The notes under the pieces: generated by a model
The model's input: only the letters and a program-made list of their open reading frames with translations
What the model was told of the DNA's origin: nothing
Databases searched by the model: none
Source of the DNA: Candidatus Multivoradales bacterium
Lineage (GTDB): Bacteria; Acidobacteriota; Thermoanaerobaculia; Multivoradales; JAHEKO01
DNA length: 64,000 nucleotides
Assembly: GCA_965248055.1 (NCBI GenBank)
Contig: CBDFIJ010000004.1
Coordinates: forward strand, 1,728,001 to 1,792,000
Reading direction: 5' to 3'
Made by a program: the position numbers and the translations under genes
Shown here: positions 1-9,487 of the stretch, in pieces
Layout: the number at the start of each line of letters is the position of its first letter
Position numbering within the stretch: position 1 is the stretch's first letter

Positions 1-575
1 ACCGCCGACTCGTGGACCAGCCCGAAGGGTACTGCAGCACTCAAGCACAGTTCGCCACTGATGGTGCCCGGATTCGGCCCACCGAGGACCGCGTGAAACG
101 CATACACGTCACATCCAATGCCGTCATGCACCGCACTCCCCTTCGCCTCAAACCCGCCCCCATACTCAGCCATCGACTCCCGCATAGCGGTCACCATCTG
201 TTCCGGTTGCGGCATCGGCGGACGTCCGTCCATGACGAATGTCGCCCCTGACAGCGCCTTGCCGAAGCTCAGAAAGCGTCGCTTCCAGTCGAAGTCAGGC
301 GACAGCGCAAAAATACTGGTTGAGCCTCCACCAGCACCAGGACCTTCCAGAAACTCGGTCACTATCTCGACCGCGAAGCCGCCAGTATGGTCGGTCATCC
401 GTGTATAGGTCGCCATGGTCTCGCCACCGCTGGAGATCGAGGTTTGATATTTGGCCCAACTACCAGGGTTTGTTGCCTCGAAGTAGGGGTGCGGTAGGTC
501 CTCAGCACCCGCAGTAGTACCCGCAGCAATGCCAAGCGAGAAGAACAAGATGGCGGTCAAGATCGTGGCTTTCAT
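1..575 (-). CDS. Exported hypothetical protein, partial (runs off the left edge)
   Basis: Not in the ORF track. Reading the minus strand from ATG at 575 gives an open frame to the window edge: MKATILTAILFFSLGIAAGTTAGAEDLPHPYFEATNPGSWAKYQ..., with a Sec-type signal peptide. Confidence 0.75.
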   Translation of the reverse strand, partial: MKATILTAILFFSLGIAAGTTAGAEDLPHPYFEATNPGSWAKYQTSISSGGETMATYTRMTDHTGGFAVEIVTEFLEGPGAGGGSTSIFALSPDFDWKRRFLSFGKALSGATFVMDGRPPMPQPEQMVTAMRESMAEYGGGFEAKGSAVHDGIGCDVYAFHAVLGGPNPGTISGELCLSAAVPFGLVHESA

Positions 576-696
576 GGTCCAAGGATAGTTGAAGTCAGGC
601 GCTACAAAGTTTCTTGGCCCATACCAGTTTGACAAAGTCATCTTATATACTCTAAATTTCAGAGAACTCGCAAAACGCGAGCACAAGGAGTCAAGA

Positions 697-1272
697 ATGG
701 AAACGTCTATTCCCCCAAGCCACGAACAGGTCGCCGACGACCTCAGCCACATTCGTCAGTCCATTGAGCGCTCGCGTTCTGGGACTCCTGCGCCGATCTA
801 TGCCCTGTGGGGACTCATTAGCCTGGTGGGGTTTTCTTTGGTGGACTTTGCACCCGAGTGGGTCGGTCGCTTTTACTTGATTGCGGCGCCGCTCGGTTTT
901 GTCGCCAGCATTTTTCTCGGGCGACGAGCGGCATTGCAATCCGGAGAGCGCAACCAGGGCTCAGGGCGCAAATACATGCTGCATTGGGGGTCTTTGCTGG
1001 CCGCCATCGCCATGACGCTACCGATGGTTTTTGCCGGCGACATCTCCTGGCCAGCGCTCGCCCGATTGTTCCTGATCTTTATCGCCCTGGTCTACTTCAT
1101 GGCTGGCTTGCACCTGGACCGCCGCATGTTGATTGTCAGCGGTTTGATCACCGTAGGCTATCTGGCACTTCTCTTTTCGCCTCCCTACGGCTGGACGTGG
1201 ACTGGCGTGGTTCTCGCCATTGGCTTCTGGGTACTGGCGGCAATGTCCTGGGAGAAACCGCACGTTGACTAA
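697..1272 (+). CDS. Hypothetical integral membrane protein (about 6 TM helices)
   Basis: ATG at 697 preceded by AAGGAG (685-690); several hydrophobic segments; coupled to the downstream winged-helix regulator. Confidence 0.8.
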   Translation: METSIPPSHEQVADDLSHIRQSIERSRSGTPAPIYALWGLISLVGFSLVDFAPEWVGRFYLIAAPLGFVASIFLGRRAALQSGERNQGSGRKYMLHWGSLLAAIAMTLPMVFAGDISWPALARLFLIFIALVYFMAGLHLDRRMLIVSGLITVGYLALLFSPPYGWTWTGVVLAIGFWVLAAMSWEKPHVD

Positions 1273-1621
1273 GCTACCGGGCGACTCTTCAACCGACCCA
1301 CCCAGCGAAACACTGTGGCAAGACCTGGGCGGGTTCAACCGGCTCTTGGAGCACCGCACCCGACTGGGGGTGTGCGTGCTGCTGGCGCGCAGAGACGAGA
1401 TCACCTTCAGTCGTCTGCGCGATCTGCTCGAAGAAACCGACGGCGCCATGGGTACTCACCTGCGCAAACTGGAGGAGGCCGGATTCACTGCGGTGCGCAA
1501 AGAATTTGTTGGACGACGACCGCAAAGTTGGTATCGCCTCACCAAGTCTGGGCGCACTCGTCTCACGCAACACTTAGACGCTCTTTCAAGCCTGGTCACC
1601 GGGATTGACCTCGGCACTTGA
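1265..1621 (+). CDS. Winged-helix transcriptional regulator (MarR/ArsR-like, HTH_34 type)
   Basis: Motif LEHRTRLGVCVLL...TFSRLRDLLEETDGAMGTHLRKLEEAGF...KEFVGRRPQSWYRLTKSGR. Likely TTG start at 1265 overlapping the upstream stop. Confidence 0.85.
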   Translation: MTKLPGDSSTDPPSETLWQDLGGFNRLLEHRTRLGVCVLLARRDEITFSRLRDLLEETDGAMGTHLRKLEEAGFTAVRKEFVGRRPQSWYRLTKSGRTRLTQHLDALSSLVTGIDLGT

Positions 1622-1655
1622 ATATCAACTCCGAAAAACCAAAAAAGGAATCAAA

Positions 1656-2219
1656 ATGACCAAGACAAGATTTTTCTCAATCTTCGCAGCTGTTTTCACT
1701 ACCGCGATCTCTCAACCGATGGCCGCACAACCCAATCCTGATATCAGCGCTCAACAGGAAGCCATGGCCGCCCTGTCGTTCATGGTCGGCACCTGGGAGG
1801 GTGAGGGTGAAATGCGGCGCGGACCCGAACCAGAATCAAGCCAGGTGCTCGAACAGGTGACGATGAAACTCGACGGTACGGCACTGCTGATCGAAGGCTT
1901 AGGCACTTACCTGTCTGAAGACGACGAAGTCAAAACCGCACACCAAGCGATTGGGCTGATTTGGTACAACGCTGCAGAGAATCGCTACCAGATGAAGGCT
2001 CTCACTCCGGGGCGCGAAACCGACGCCGATTTTGAGTTGACCGACAACGGAGTTGTTTGGGGTTTCTCCACACCCGGTGGAGAAGTTCGCTACACCGCTG
2101 AATTCACCGACGACATTTGGGCTGAGACCGGGCAATTTAGCCGTGATGGCGAAACTTGGACGCCGTTTTTCTCGATGCAGTTGCTGAAGGTAGGCGAGAT
2201 TGAAGAACCGTCGTCGTAG
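1656..2219 (+). CDS. Exported beta-rich hypothetical protein (DUF1579/calycin-like)
   Basis: ATG at 1656 after AAGGA; signal peptide; AMAALSFMVGTWEGEG and C-terminal SRDGETWTPFFSMQL pattern. Confidence 0.7.
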   Translation: MTKTRFFSIFAAVFTTAISQPMAAQPNPDISAQQEAMAALSFMVGTWEGEGEMRRGPEPESSQVLEQVTMKLDGTALLIEGLGTYLSEDDEVKTAHQAIGLIWYNAAENRYQMKALTPGRETDADFELTDNGVVWGFSTPGGEVRYTAEFTDDIWAETGQFSRDGETWTPFFSMQLLKVGEIEEPSS

Positions 2220-2253
2220 CTCTCAGTCCTCTGAGATTTTCAGCCTGAGTTGA

Positions 2254-2406
2254 AGTGAATCCGCACTCTGCCGACTCTATAGTCGAGATGATGATGCGCG
2301 GCGGCGTGAAATCGCGCGGCTGCTCGACATTGCTGAAAGCACCGTCAAATCGCGTCTTTACCATGCCCAAAGCCAATTGAAACAAACCTTGGAGGACCCA
2401 AATTGA
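2254..2406 (+). pseudogene. Remnant of an ECF sigma-70 factor (region 4 only)
   Basis: The frame reads ...RREIARLLDIAESTVKSRLYHAQSQLKQTLEDPN* (TGA 2404-2406), a typical sigma region 4.2 HTH. It is closed by TGA at 2251-2253 and has no start codon or region 2. Confidence 0.7.
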
Positions 2407-2798
2407 ACCAAGAAGACAACAATTTGGATCGAATGATCCGCGAAGCAATGAACGAAGAAGAGGCCGCGTTTTATGACGCGCTCGACGAACCGTCAGTGCC
2501 ACAGATGGTCACCGAGGTTTTCAAAGGCCGCATGCGTTGGATCAATCGTGGGGCAGTGTTGATCGGCATCATCTACATGGTGCTCGGCGTGTGGAGCGCG
2601 CTCAAGATCATCGAAGTTGAGGACACCAAGCAATTGGTTTGGTGGACCGCCACCTTTTTCTTCAGCCTTGGTTCCATCTTCGCCATGAAGATCTGGTACT
2701 GGATGGAACTCAACCGCCACGCATTAACAAGGGAAGTCAAGCGACTGGAAATGCAGATCGTCAGTCTGCGGCGCCACCTGGAAAAACGACCCAGCTAG
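2403..2798 (+). CDS. Two-TM membrane protein, DUF6768-like (putative anti-sigma partner)
   Basis: NLDRMIREAM N-terminus, two TM helices, C-terminal MKIWYWMELNRHALTREVKRLEMQI; TTG start overlaps the stop of the sigma remnant. Confidence 0.7.
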   Translation: MNQEDNNLDRMIREAMNEEEAAFYDALDEPSVPQMVTEVFKGRMRWINRGAVLIGIIYMVLGVWSALKIIEVEDTKQLVWWTATFFFSLGSIFAMKIWYWMELNRHALTREVKRLEMQIVSLRRHLEKRPS

Positions 2799-2811
2799 TG
2801 GCTACAGATTA

Positions 2812-3792
2812 TCAAGCGACACTTCCTTCGACGACCACTGCGCTGCCGTCTAGCTCTACCGTATGGCGGTACACGACCATATCCATGTGGACGGCGCACT
2901 CAACCGTACCACCGTAAAAGAGGTTATCTCCAATGGCTACATGAACATTGCCACGCGCCTTCTTCTCTTCTTCAAAATCGCCATTGCGACGGCAGCTCGA
3001 ATTGAGCCCTATTCCGATTTCAGCAATATTGTCAGCTTGTTCGATCCCAGTGACGATGTCTCGCAGCTCCTCGGCAGTACTGTCTTTACCTTCCACGGCT
3101 ACCACCCGGCCGTCCTTCACGAGTAGAGAAATAGCCTGTTTCGGCAATCCAAGGTGAGCAATCGGACCATCAATCACGAGTACTCCTTGCGTGGTCCCTT
3201 GCCTCGGCATCTGGGAAACCTCACCGTCGGAAAAGGCTGCTTCTTGTCCCGGCCGCGTGGCAAATCCACATTCGACAATCACCTCTTCACCGCCGATTTT
3301 CGCTTCTAGGTCAGTTCCAGAAGGAGACTGTATCCGAATACGATCAGCCTTTCGCCACACCTCTGCCAGCTTTTCACCATCGGCAAGTAGCGCTTCGTAG
3401 TCAGCTAAGGCACCGCCCGAAGTAAAGTTATTGAAATCGCGCATCACCATCGAGATGCTCCGCAGTTGCTCATCGTCAAGGAGACGTTTGACAACCTTGG
3501 CGTAGGTTGGAGCCCCTCCCGAACGAGTCAACCCAATAAGGCAGTCCGCTGCTTCGAGACCACGCTCAATCACAGGAGTTAGTTCATTCTTTCGAGAGGT
3601 GTCGCGTGAAGGCTGCTGCAAAATTGTGAACTCTGCTCCCAACGACTCGACGACGTCGGTGAGCGCCGCGACAATTCTCATCTCGCTTTCGCCATCGCAA
3701 ACAAGAGCAACTTGCTCACCAGCGCGCACCGCCAAAAGCTGTCGTACGACTAGTTCAGCACTCCGCTGTAGCGCCAACTCCGAGTAACCCAC
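2812..3792 (-). CDS. Aminopeptidase T / M29-like metalloenzyme (thermophilic metalloprotease fold)
   Basis: Motifs SDGEV, NIAEIGIGLN, EEEKKARGNVHVAIGDN, HMDMV. Confidence 0.75.
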   Translation of the reverse strand: MGYSELALQRSAELVVRQLLAVRAGEQVALVCDGESEMRIVAALTDVVESLGAEFTILQQPSRDTSRKNELTPVIERGLEAADCLIGLTRSGGAPTYAKVVKRLLDDEQLRSISMVMRDFNNFTSGGALADYEALLADGEKLAEVWRKADRIRIQSPSGTDLEAKIGGEEVIVECGFATRPGQEAAFSDGEVSQMPRQGTTQGVLVIDGPIAHLGLPKQAISLLVKDGRVVAVEGKDSTAEELRDIVTGIEQADNIAEIGIGLNSSCRRNGDFEEEKKARGNVHVAIGDNLFYGGTVECAVHMDMVVYRHTVELDGSAVVVEGSVA

Positions 3793-3804
3793 AAGTGTGT
3801 CCTC

Positions 3805-5040
3805 CTATTTCGCGCCAACAGAGGGGCTGGTCACGCCTTCGTTGCTTAGTTCCTCTATCTCCACTGCCGTACAGCCGAGAACTTCGGTCAGCACAGCCTC
3901 TGTATCAGCTCCCAGTAGAGGCGGTGCAGAACGTACCGCCGCCGGTGTATCTGAGAACTTGGCCACTGGCCCAACTAGATCAACTTTGCCCAACGTCGCA
4001 TGTTGTACGGACTGAATCATGCCCCTCGCTCGAACGTGTGGGTCTGCAAGAACCGCCGGAATATCGTTGATCGGGCCAACCGGAATCGAAGCGTCGGTCA
4101 GCATGTCGAGCCATTCGCTAGTCGGTCTAGTTTCGAACAAACGCTGTAGCTCCGGCACCAGCTCTTTGCGATGGGTGACGCGCTGACTGTTGGTTTGAAA
4201 TCGATCGTTGGCCCAAAGATCAGGACGGTCAACGGTTCGACAAAATCGCTCGAATTGCTCGCTGGTACCAATCGCCAGGGCCAGTTGGCCGTCAGCAGTC
4301 GAGAACGTCTCATAGGGAACAATATTGGGGTGTGCGTTGCCATGTCGTATCGGAGGCTCGCCCGTAGCTAGGTAGTTTTGAGCCACATTCGCCAACCAAG
4401 CGATTTGAGCGTCAAGCAATGCAACGTCGATATGTTGCCCAGTACCCGTCGTATTGCGAGACTGTAGAGCCGCAAGGATCGCGGTCGCAGCGAATAATCC
4501 AGCCGAAACATCGACGATCGCAACCCCAACTTTATGCGGCTCTCCGTCGCTGGGCCCGGTGATCGACATCAGGCCTCCTTGTGCTTGGATCATGAAATCG
4601 TATCCTGGCCGGTGACGATAGGGACCGGTCTGGCCATAACCACTTATCGAGCAGTAAACGAGTCCCGGGTTCTCGGCTTCTAGCGTCGCATAGCCGAGAC
4701 CTAGCCGCTCGGCTGTGCCCGGCTTAAAGTTCTCGATCAGCACGTCGCTCTTCTGGGCCAACCTCTGCGCGAGTTCGAGGCCTTTCGGCTTTGTCAGGTC
4801 AAGCTCGATACTTTTCTTATTGCGGTTGACACTCAAGAAATACGCACTCTCTGTTTCAACCCATGGAGGCCCCCACTGGCGCGTGCCGTCGCCCTCCCCC
4901 GGGCGTTCCACTTTGATTACTTCAGCACCGTAGTCAGACAAGACCATGGAGCAATAGGGACCGGCAAGAATCCGAGAAAGATCCAAGATGCGAATACCCG
5001 CCAGCGCGCCTTCAGGGCTCAATCCCTTCGCTTTGGTCAC
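3805..5040 (-). CDS. CaiB/BaiF (class III) CoA-transferase
   Basis: LAGIRILDLSRILAGPYCSMVLSDYGAEVIKVERPGEGD, YFLSVNRNKKSI, SISGYGQTGPY, GYDFMIQAQGGLMSITG. Confidence 0.95.
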   Translation of the reverse strand: MTKAKGLSPEGALAGIRILDLSRILAGPYCSMVLSDYGAEVIKVERPGEGDGTRQWGPPWVETESAYFLSVNRNKKSIELDLTKPKGLELAQRLAQKSDVLIENFKPGTAERLGLGYATLEAENPGLVYCSISGYGQTGPYRHRPGYDFMIQAQGGLMSITGPSDGEPHKVGVAIVDVSAGLFAATAILAALQSRNTTGTGQHIDVALLDAQIAWLANVAQNYLATGEPPIRHGNAHPNIVPYETFSTADGQLALAIGTSEQFERFCRTVDRPDLWANDRFQTNSQRVTHRKELVPELQRLFETRPTSEWLDMLTDASIPVGPINDIPAVLADPHVRARGMIQSVQHATLGKVDLVGPVAKFSDTPAAVRSAPPLLGADTEAVLTEVLGCTAVEIEELSNEGVTSPSVGAK

Positions 5041-5858
5041 CCATCCACCTCCCCAGAAAACCCCATCGTCCGCGAGATCTCACCGGCTGCTTCCTGCACC
5101 TGGGGCGCCAGCTCTTTCACCAGCCGTTGTCGAGAGATCGTACGCACGCTGCCGGTAGCATTGATCGCCGCAACCACCTGTTGGTCGTGGTCGCGAATCG
5201 GTGCAGCGACAGCGCGCAAGCCAATCTCCAGCTCTTGATCGTTGAGAGCGTAGCCACAACGACGGATTCGAACAAACTCTCGGTGCAACGCAGATATCTC
5301 TACGATGCTGCGTGAGGTGCACGGAACAAGGGTTTTCTCGTTCAGAAGCGTGGCAAGTTCCACTTCTGGTAAGTGGGCCAAAATCGCCTTACCCATCGAA
5401 GCACAGTGGGCCGGAATGCGGGAACCGAGTCCTAGGACGACGCCAACGATCGCGCGGTTGCGAACCCGATCAATGTAAACAATCTCCCGCCCATCGAGCA
5501 AACTTAAGCTCACGGTTTGCCCGGTTGTTTTGGCGAGACGCTCAAGATACGGGCGAGAAATTTCTCGGATTCCAAGATTGGAGAGTGCGGCGAACCCCAG
5601 CTTGAGAACCTTGAGGCCCGGACGATAGCGCTGGGTGTCCGCGTGCCGAATCAAGTATCCCGCGTCCTCCAAGGTTCTGACAATCCGGAAAGTTGTCGAC
5701 TTGCTTAGACCGGTTAGCCTGACCAGATCGGTCAACGACAGATCACCTGCCATTTCGTCGAATTGAGACAGCACCGCAAGCCCACGGGACAAAGCTTCAA
5801 CGTGATAACTCCGCGGCGGCGGCGCATTCGGAACAGATGAGGATGGCTGTTGTTTCAT
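5037..5858 (-). CDS. IclR-family transcriptional regulator (PcaR/PobR-like)
   Basis: N-terminal HTH VEALSRGLAVL...GLSKSTTFRIVRTL; effector domain GSRIPAHCASMGKAILA, GYALNDQELEIGLRAVAAPI. Confidence 0.95.
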   Translation of the reverse strand: MKQQPSSSVPNAPPPRSYHVEALSRGLAVLSQFDEMAGDLSLTDLVRLTGLSKSTTFRIVRTLEDAGYLIRHADTQRYRPGLKVLKLGFAALSNLGIREISRPYLERLAKTTGQTVSLSLLDGREIVYIDRVRNRAIVGVVLGLGSRIPAHCASMGKAILAHLPEVELATLLNEKTLVPCTSRSIVEISALHREFVRIRRCGYALNDQELEIGLRAVAAPIRDHDQQVVAAINATGSVRTISRQRLVKELAPQVQEAAGEISRTMGFSGEVDG

Positions 5859-6046
5859 CTGATGAAACTTTGTATTGCGCTCTGAGACCGCATGCTACAC
5901 TTTTTGCGTAACAAGGTGTGTCGAGTCCTCTGCACTGACTCGACAGTACAAAAGGCATCACGCCTTCGCGTCGCTTTCGTATAGTGAGTCAGTCTGGTGC
6001 TGACGCGGCGATGCCAAACAAAGAACGACCGATGGGAGAACGACTG

Positions 6047-8503
6047 ATGAAAAACCTGCAAAAACTGGCCTGGGCCCTTTCAATCATTGGCGCCCTCTTT
6101 CTAGCCCAGACCTCTGCTGCCCAGCAGGATGAAGAGGCTACCGAAGAGACAGCTACCGAAGCCACGGCCACCGCAGAAGATGACGCAGCAGCCCAAGAAG
6201 CGCTGGAAGCCATCTCAGACTCGATCGTCGTCCTCGGCACGCGGAGTACTGAGCCGCGTTCGGTCGTCGATTCGCCGGTACCTATCGACGTAATCCAGGC
6301 TGAGGACTTCAATTCTCTTGGCAATTCGGCAGATCTGACCGACAATCTAAGAACGCTGGTGCCTTCTTACACGGCTACCCCAGCTACGGGAGACGGTAGT
6401 GCGTTTGTGCGCCCCACTTCTTTGCGCGGCCTAGCTCCGGATCAAGTTCTGGTCCTGGTTAATGGCAAGAGACGGCATCGTTCTGCCTTGGTGCATGTCT
6501 TCGCGCCAGCTGCGGGCAACGGGGCCCACGGCGTGGATGTCGGCATGATCCCTGGCATCGCCATCCGCCAGGTAGAAGTGCTGAGAGATGGTGCTGCTGC
6601 GCAATACGGATCGGACGCTATCGCCGGTGTCATGAACTTTGAGTTGAGGGACGATTCGGAAGGCACCGAAGTGCAGCTCCAGTTTGGCGAACATTACGAA
6701 GGTGAGCAGAGCTTGAAGGTCGGCGTCAATACTGGCTTCGCACTGCCCAACAACGGATTCGTCAACATCAGCCTGGAGTCGGTCGACAATGATGCGCTAT
6801 CTCGCGGTGTGCAGCGCCCCGACGCTCAAGCACTGATTAACGCTGGGGTTCCTGGAGTTGGTTCGGATGCGCCTTTCGGCGATGCCCCGTTGGTGCAGAG
6901 CTGGGGTCGTCCCGAAACCAGCGGCACCAGACTGTTTATCAATTCCGGTTGGTTGGTCGGCGACAACTCACAGTTCTACTTTCATGGTGGCTTGGGCGAC
7001 ACCGAGGGTCGATACCGGTTCTTCTATCGCCCGCCCAACCACTCGAGTTTGGCTCCGTTGCGCGCCCAAGGTTTTACCGGCCTGCCGGCTGGCTTCACGC
7101 CTTTCTTGGACGGCGATCAGACCGATCTCAGCCTAGTCACCGGGCTGACAGGTCTTTTTGGCAATGGCACCACCTACGATTTCAGCGTCGGTTACGGCAA
7201 GAACGAGTTGGATTATTTCCTCAATAATACGATCAACCCAGCGGTCGGCTTGTCGGGCGGACAGCCGGCTCAAATAGATTACGATGTCGGTGGTCTGGAG
7301 CAGGAAGAGCTCAATTTCAACGCCGATTTCTTCAGGTCGCTCGGAGACAACCTGGGCCTCGGCTTTGGAGCCGAGTGGCGGGAGGAGACTTTCGTCCTGG
7401 TGCCCGGTGAGCCAAACTCATACCTAGGCCCTGGCTCCAGTGGTTTTCGCGGGTTCTCGCCTGCGAACTCCGGATCATTCTCTCGCGACAACATTGCGGT
7501 TTACGCCGATCTCGAGCACGATGTCAGCGAGCAACTATTTGTACAGTACGCACTGCGCTTCGAGGATTTCTCCGACTTTGGTAGCACCGTCAACGGCAAA
7601 ATTGCTACCCGATACACCGTCAGCGACACCTTTACTTTTCGTGGCGCGGTGTCGACCGGGTTTCACGCCCCCACGCCAGGTCAGGCCAACTATCAGCAAA
7701 CCATCACCACCTTTGATGGCGCGACCGGTTTACAGGTTGAAGAAGGCTTAGTGCCTTCGACCAGTCCATTGGTAGCAGCAGTGGGTGGAGCGGCATTAAC
7801 CGAAGAAACGTCAGTCAATTTCAGCGCCGGATTCACCAAAAATATTGGTGAGCGAACCCTGCTCACGGTCGACGCCTATTTGATTCAGGTCGATGATCGA
7901 ATCTACCGCACCGGCGACATTCCAGTACCTGGAACAATCAGTCAGACGATCTCGTTTTATACCAATGCTCTGGAAATCGAGTCTCAGGGGATCGATGTAG
8001 TGCTCAGTTCAGGTTTCGACTGGGGCTCGAGCGCTCAGACGGACTGGACGTTAATCTTCAATCTGAATGACTTTGAAGTCGTCGGCCAGACACCCGTCTC
8101 GGGAGTCAACCCGGTCAGTGCCTCGACGATCGAAGACATCGAGAACAATTACCCAGGTGAGCGTTTTGTCTTAAGCGCCAATACCACCTTTGCCGAGGAT
8201 TGGAATGTGTTGGCTCGCGTCAATTACTACGGCAAGCACTTCGACGAGCGTGGAACCATCGGTGCGGCGGTTAACCCATCCTTTGAGATCGGCGCGACCT
8301 CGTACATTGACCTTGAAATCGGCTACAACATCAACGAAAACTTTCGCCTCGCTTTGGGCGCGGCCAACGTCTTCGATGAGTTCGTTGACGAGATCAATCC
8401 ACCATTCGCCAACCGGCAGAGCGTGGGCCTTCAATATCCACGGCGAAGCGCTGCTAACTATGAGGGCGGATCGTTGTACTTGAAAAGCACCTTCAAATTC
8501 TAG
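6047..8503 (+). CDS. TonB-dependent outer-membrane receptor
   Basis: Signal peptide from ATG 6047 (GGAGA upstream); TonB-box-like DSIVVLGTR; plug motif LRGLAPDQVLVLVNGKRRH...VEVLRDGAAAQYGSDAIAGVMNF; C-terminal Phe. Confidence 0.95.
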   Translation: MKNLQKLAWALSIIGALFLAQTSAAQQDEEATEETATEATATAEDDAAAQEALEAISDSIVVLGTRSTEPRSVVDSPVPIDVIQAEDFNSLGNSADLTDNLRTLVPSYTATPATGDGSAFVRPTSLRGLAPDQVLVLVNGKRRHRSALVHVFAPAAGNGAHGVDVGMIPGIAIRQVEVLRDGAAAQYGSDAIAGVMNFELRDDSEGTEVQLQFGEHYEGEQSLKVGVNTGFALPNNGFVNISLESVDNDALSRGVQRPDAQALINAGVPGVGSDAPFGDAPLVQSWGRPETSGTRLFINSGWLVGDNSQFYFHGGLGDTEGRYRFFYRPPNHSSLAPLRAQGFTGLPAGFTPFLDGDQTDLSLVTGLTGLFGNGTTYDFSVGYGKNELDYFLNNTINPAVGLSGGQPAQIDYDVGGLEQEELNFNADFFRSLGDNLGLGFGAEWREETFVLVPGEPNSYLGPGSSGFRGFSPANSGSFSRDNIAVYADLEHDVSEQLFVQYALRFEDFSDFGSTVNGKIATRYTVSDTFTFRGAVSTGFHAPTPGQANYQQTITTFDGATGLQVEEGLVPSTSPLVAAVGGAALTEETSVNFSAGFTKNIGERTLLTVDAYLIQVDDRIYRTGDIPVPGTISQTISFYTNALEIESQGIDVVLSSGFDWGSSAQTDWTLIFNLNDFEVVGQTPVSGVNPVSASTIEDIENNYPGERFVLSANTTFAEDWNVLARVNYYGKHFDERGTIGAAVNPSFEIGATSYIDLEIGYNINENFRLALGAANVFDEFVDEINPPFANRQSVGLQYPRRSAANYEGGSLYLKSTFKF

Positions 8504-8522
8504 ACGGTCGAACTTATTGAAC

Positions 8523-8561
8523 AAAAGGCCGATCGTTGTATGGCGATCGGCCTTTTCTTTT
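8523..8561. terminator. Rho-independent terminator, probably bidirectional
   Basis: AAAAGGCCGATCG-8 nt loop-CGATCGGCCTTTT followed by CTTTT, between convergent genes. Confidence 0.85.
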
Positions 8562-8680
8562 CGCCAAACGGCGATCGTCTTTCCACGGCTGCTTAGCGCC
8601 GAGCGCCTCCGGCACAGCTTGACGTGGTCTTGGTGACAGCCTCAAGTCCACCCGAGGATGGACCCACGCCGCCAATCAAA

Positions 8681-9214
8681 CTACCGTCGGCGCGAAAACA
8701 CACGACCCAGGCTACCTGGATTCTGGCGTCCAGCTTGACGCTGCATCTCTTCGATCGACTTGGGACGGTTAGGCGTTGCCGTTTCGCCCTGGGCTTGGCG
8801 CAGTTCCAAGGCATACTGATTCACTGCCCGCATCAAATCGCGCCGAGCCAGGCGACCAGTCAAGCGAGTTTCATTAACCACTGGAAGAGAGGCGAAATTA
8901 CAGCGCAGAAATACTTCGGTCGCTTGTCCTAGATTCATATCCTCACGGATGGTCTCGCGAGCTTCTGACATGAAATGGTGCACTGTGCCACTCTGGAATT
9001 GATCGTCGTAGGCGCCAGCGGTGAGCATTCGCAAGCAGTCCTTCTCGGTCAGCAGTCCCAACAACTGGCCTTCTGGGTTGACCACCGGAGCCGCAATCGC
9101 TTCTTTCTTGAGTAACTGATCCACCGCGTGGTGGATCTCTGTGTCCGGGTAAAGCACCAGACGAACCGGTGTGATTAACGGTTGGATCGAAGGGCTCGGC
9201 AGCTCAGCTTTCAA
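8681..9214 (-). CDS. CBS-domain pair protein
   Basis: AAPVVNPEGQLLGLLTEKDCL and LPVVNETRLTGRLARRDLMRA. The likely TTG start at 9214 overlaps the nqrM stop (TTGA). Confidence 0.85.
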   Translation of the reverse strand: MKAELPSPSIQPLITPVRLVLYPDTEIHHAVDQLLKKEAIAAPVVNPEGQLLGLLTEKDCLRMLTAGAYDDQFQSGTVHHFMSEARETIREDMNLGQATEVFLRCNFASLPVVNETRLTGRLARRDLMRAVNQYALELRQAQGETATPNRPKSIEEMQRQAGRQNPGSLGRVFSRRR

Positions 9215-9420
9215 GCGGTGGTCTCCGACGCGGACTGTTCGCGCATCTCCGACAAGCCGCAGCCGCAGTTGCTGCACACGATGACTTCTCCGTCCGGTGC
9301 AACGATCCCTTCGGCGCCGCCGCATGAGCCCTGGAGTGGCCGACGTCCGAACATCACGCCAACAGCCATCGCTAGCATGATGACCAAAATCACACCTATT
9401 GTGAGTAGTACCAATGTCAT
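9211..9420 (-). CDS. nqrM: Na+-NQR maturation protein NqrM (DUF539)
   Basis: N-terminal TM ending MAVGVMFGRRPLQGSCGG, then CxxCxC; near apbE and the nqr operon. Confidence 0.85.
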   Translation of the reverse strand: MTLVLLTIGVILVIMLAMAVGVMFGRRPLQGSCGGAEGIVAPDGEVIVCSNCGCGLSEMREQSASETTA

Positions 9421-9487
9421 AGTCCGCCCATCGTAACGGAACCTTCAGAGAACCGTTACGTTTCCAACACAATCGTCAGGAGTTTTT

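Noticed and set aside
629-664. Promoter/operator for the winged-helix operon (TTGACA; ACTCT-N7-AGAGA)
   Set aside because: The -35/-10 spacing is not canonical and the palindrome is short and imperfect; too weak to call.
5859-6046. Riboswitch (cobalamin/TPP) ahead of the TonB receptor
   Set aside because: Only a single hairpin (TGTCGAGTC...GACTCGACA) is visible; no conserved riboswitch motifs.
9215-9472. N-terminal extension of the CBS protein in the ORF track
   Set aside because: It overlaps nqrM in another frame and is not protein-like; the TTG at 9214 coupled to the nqrM stop is more plausible.
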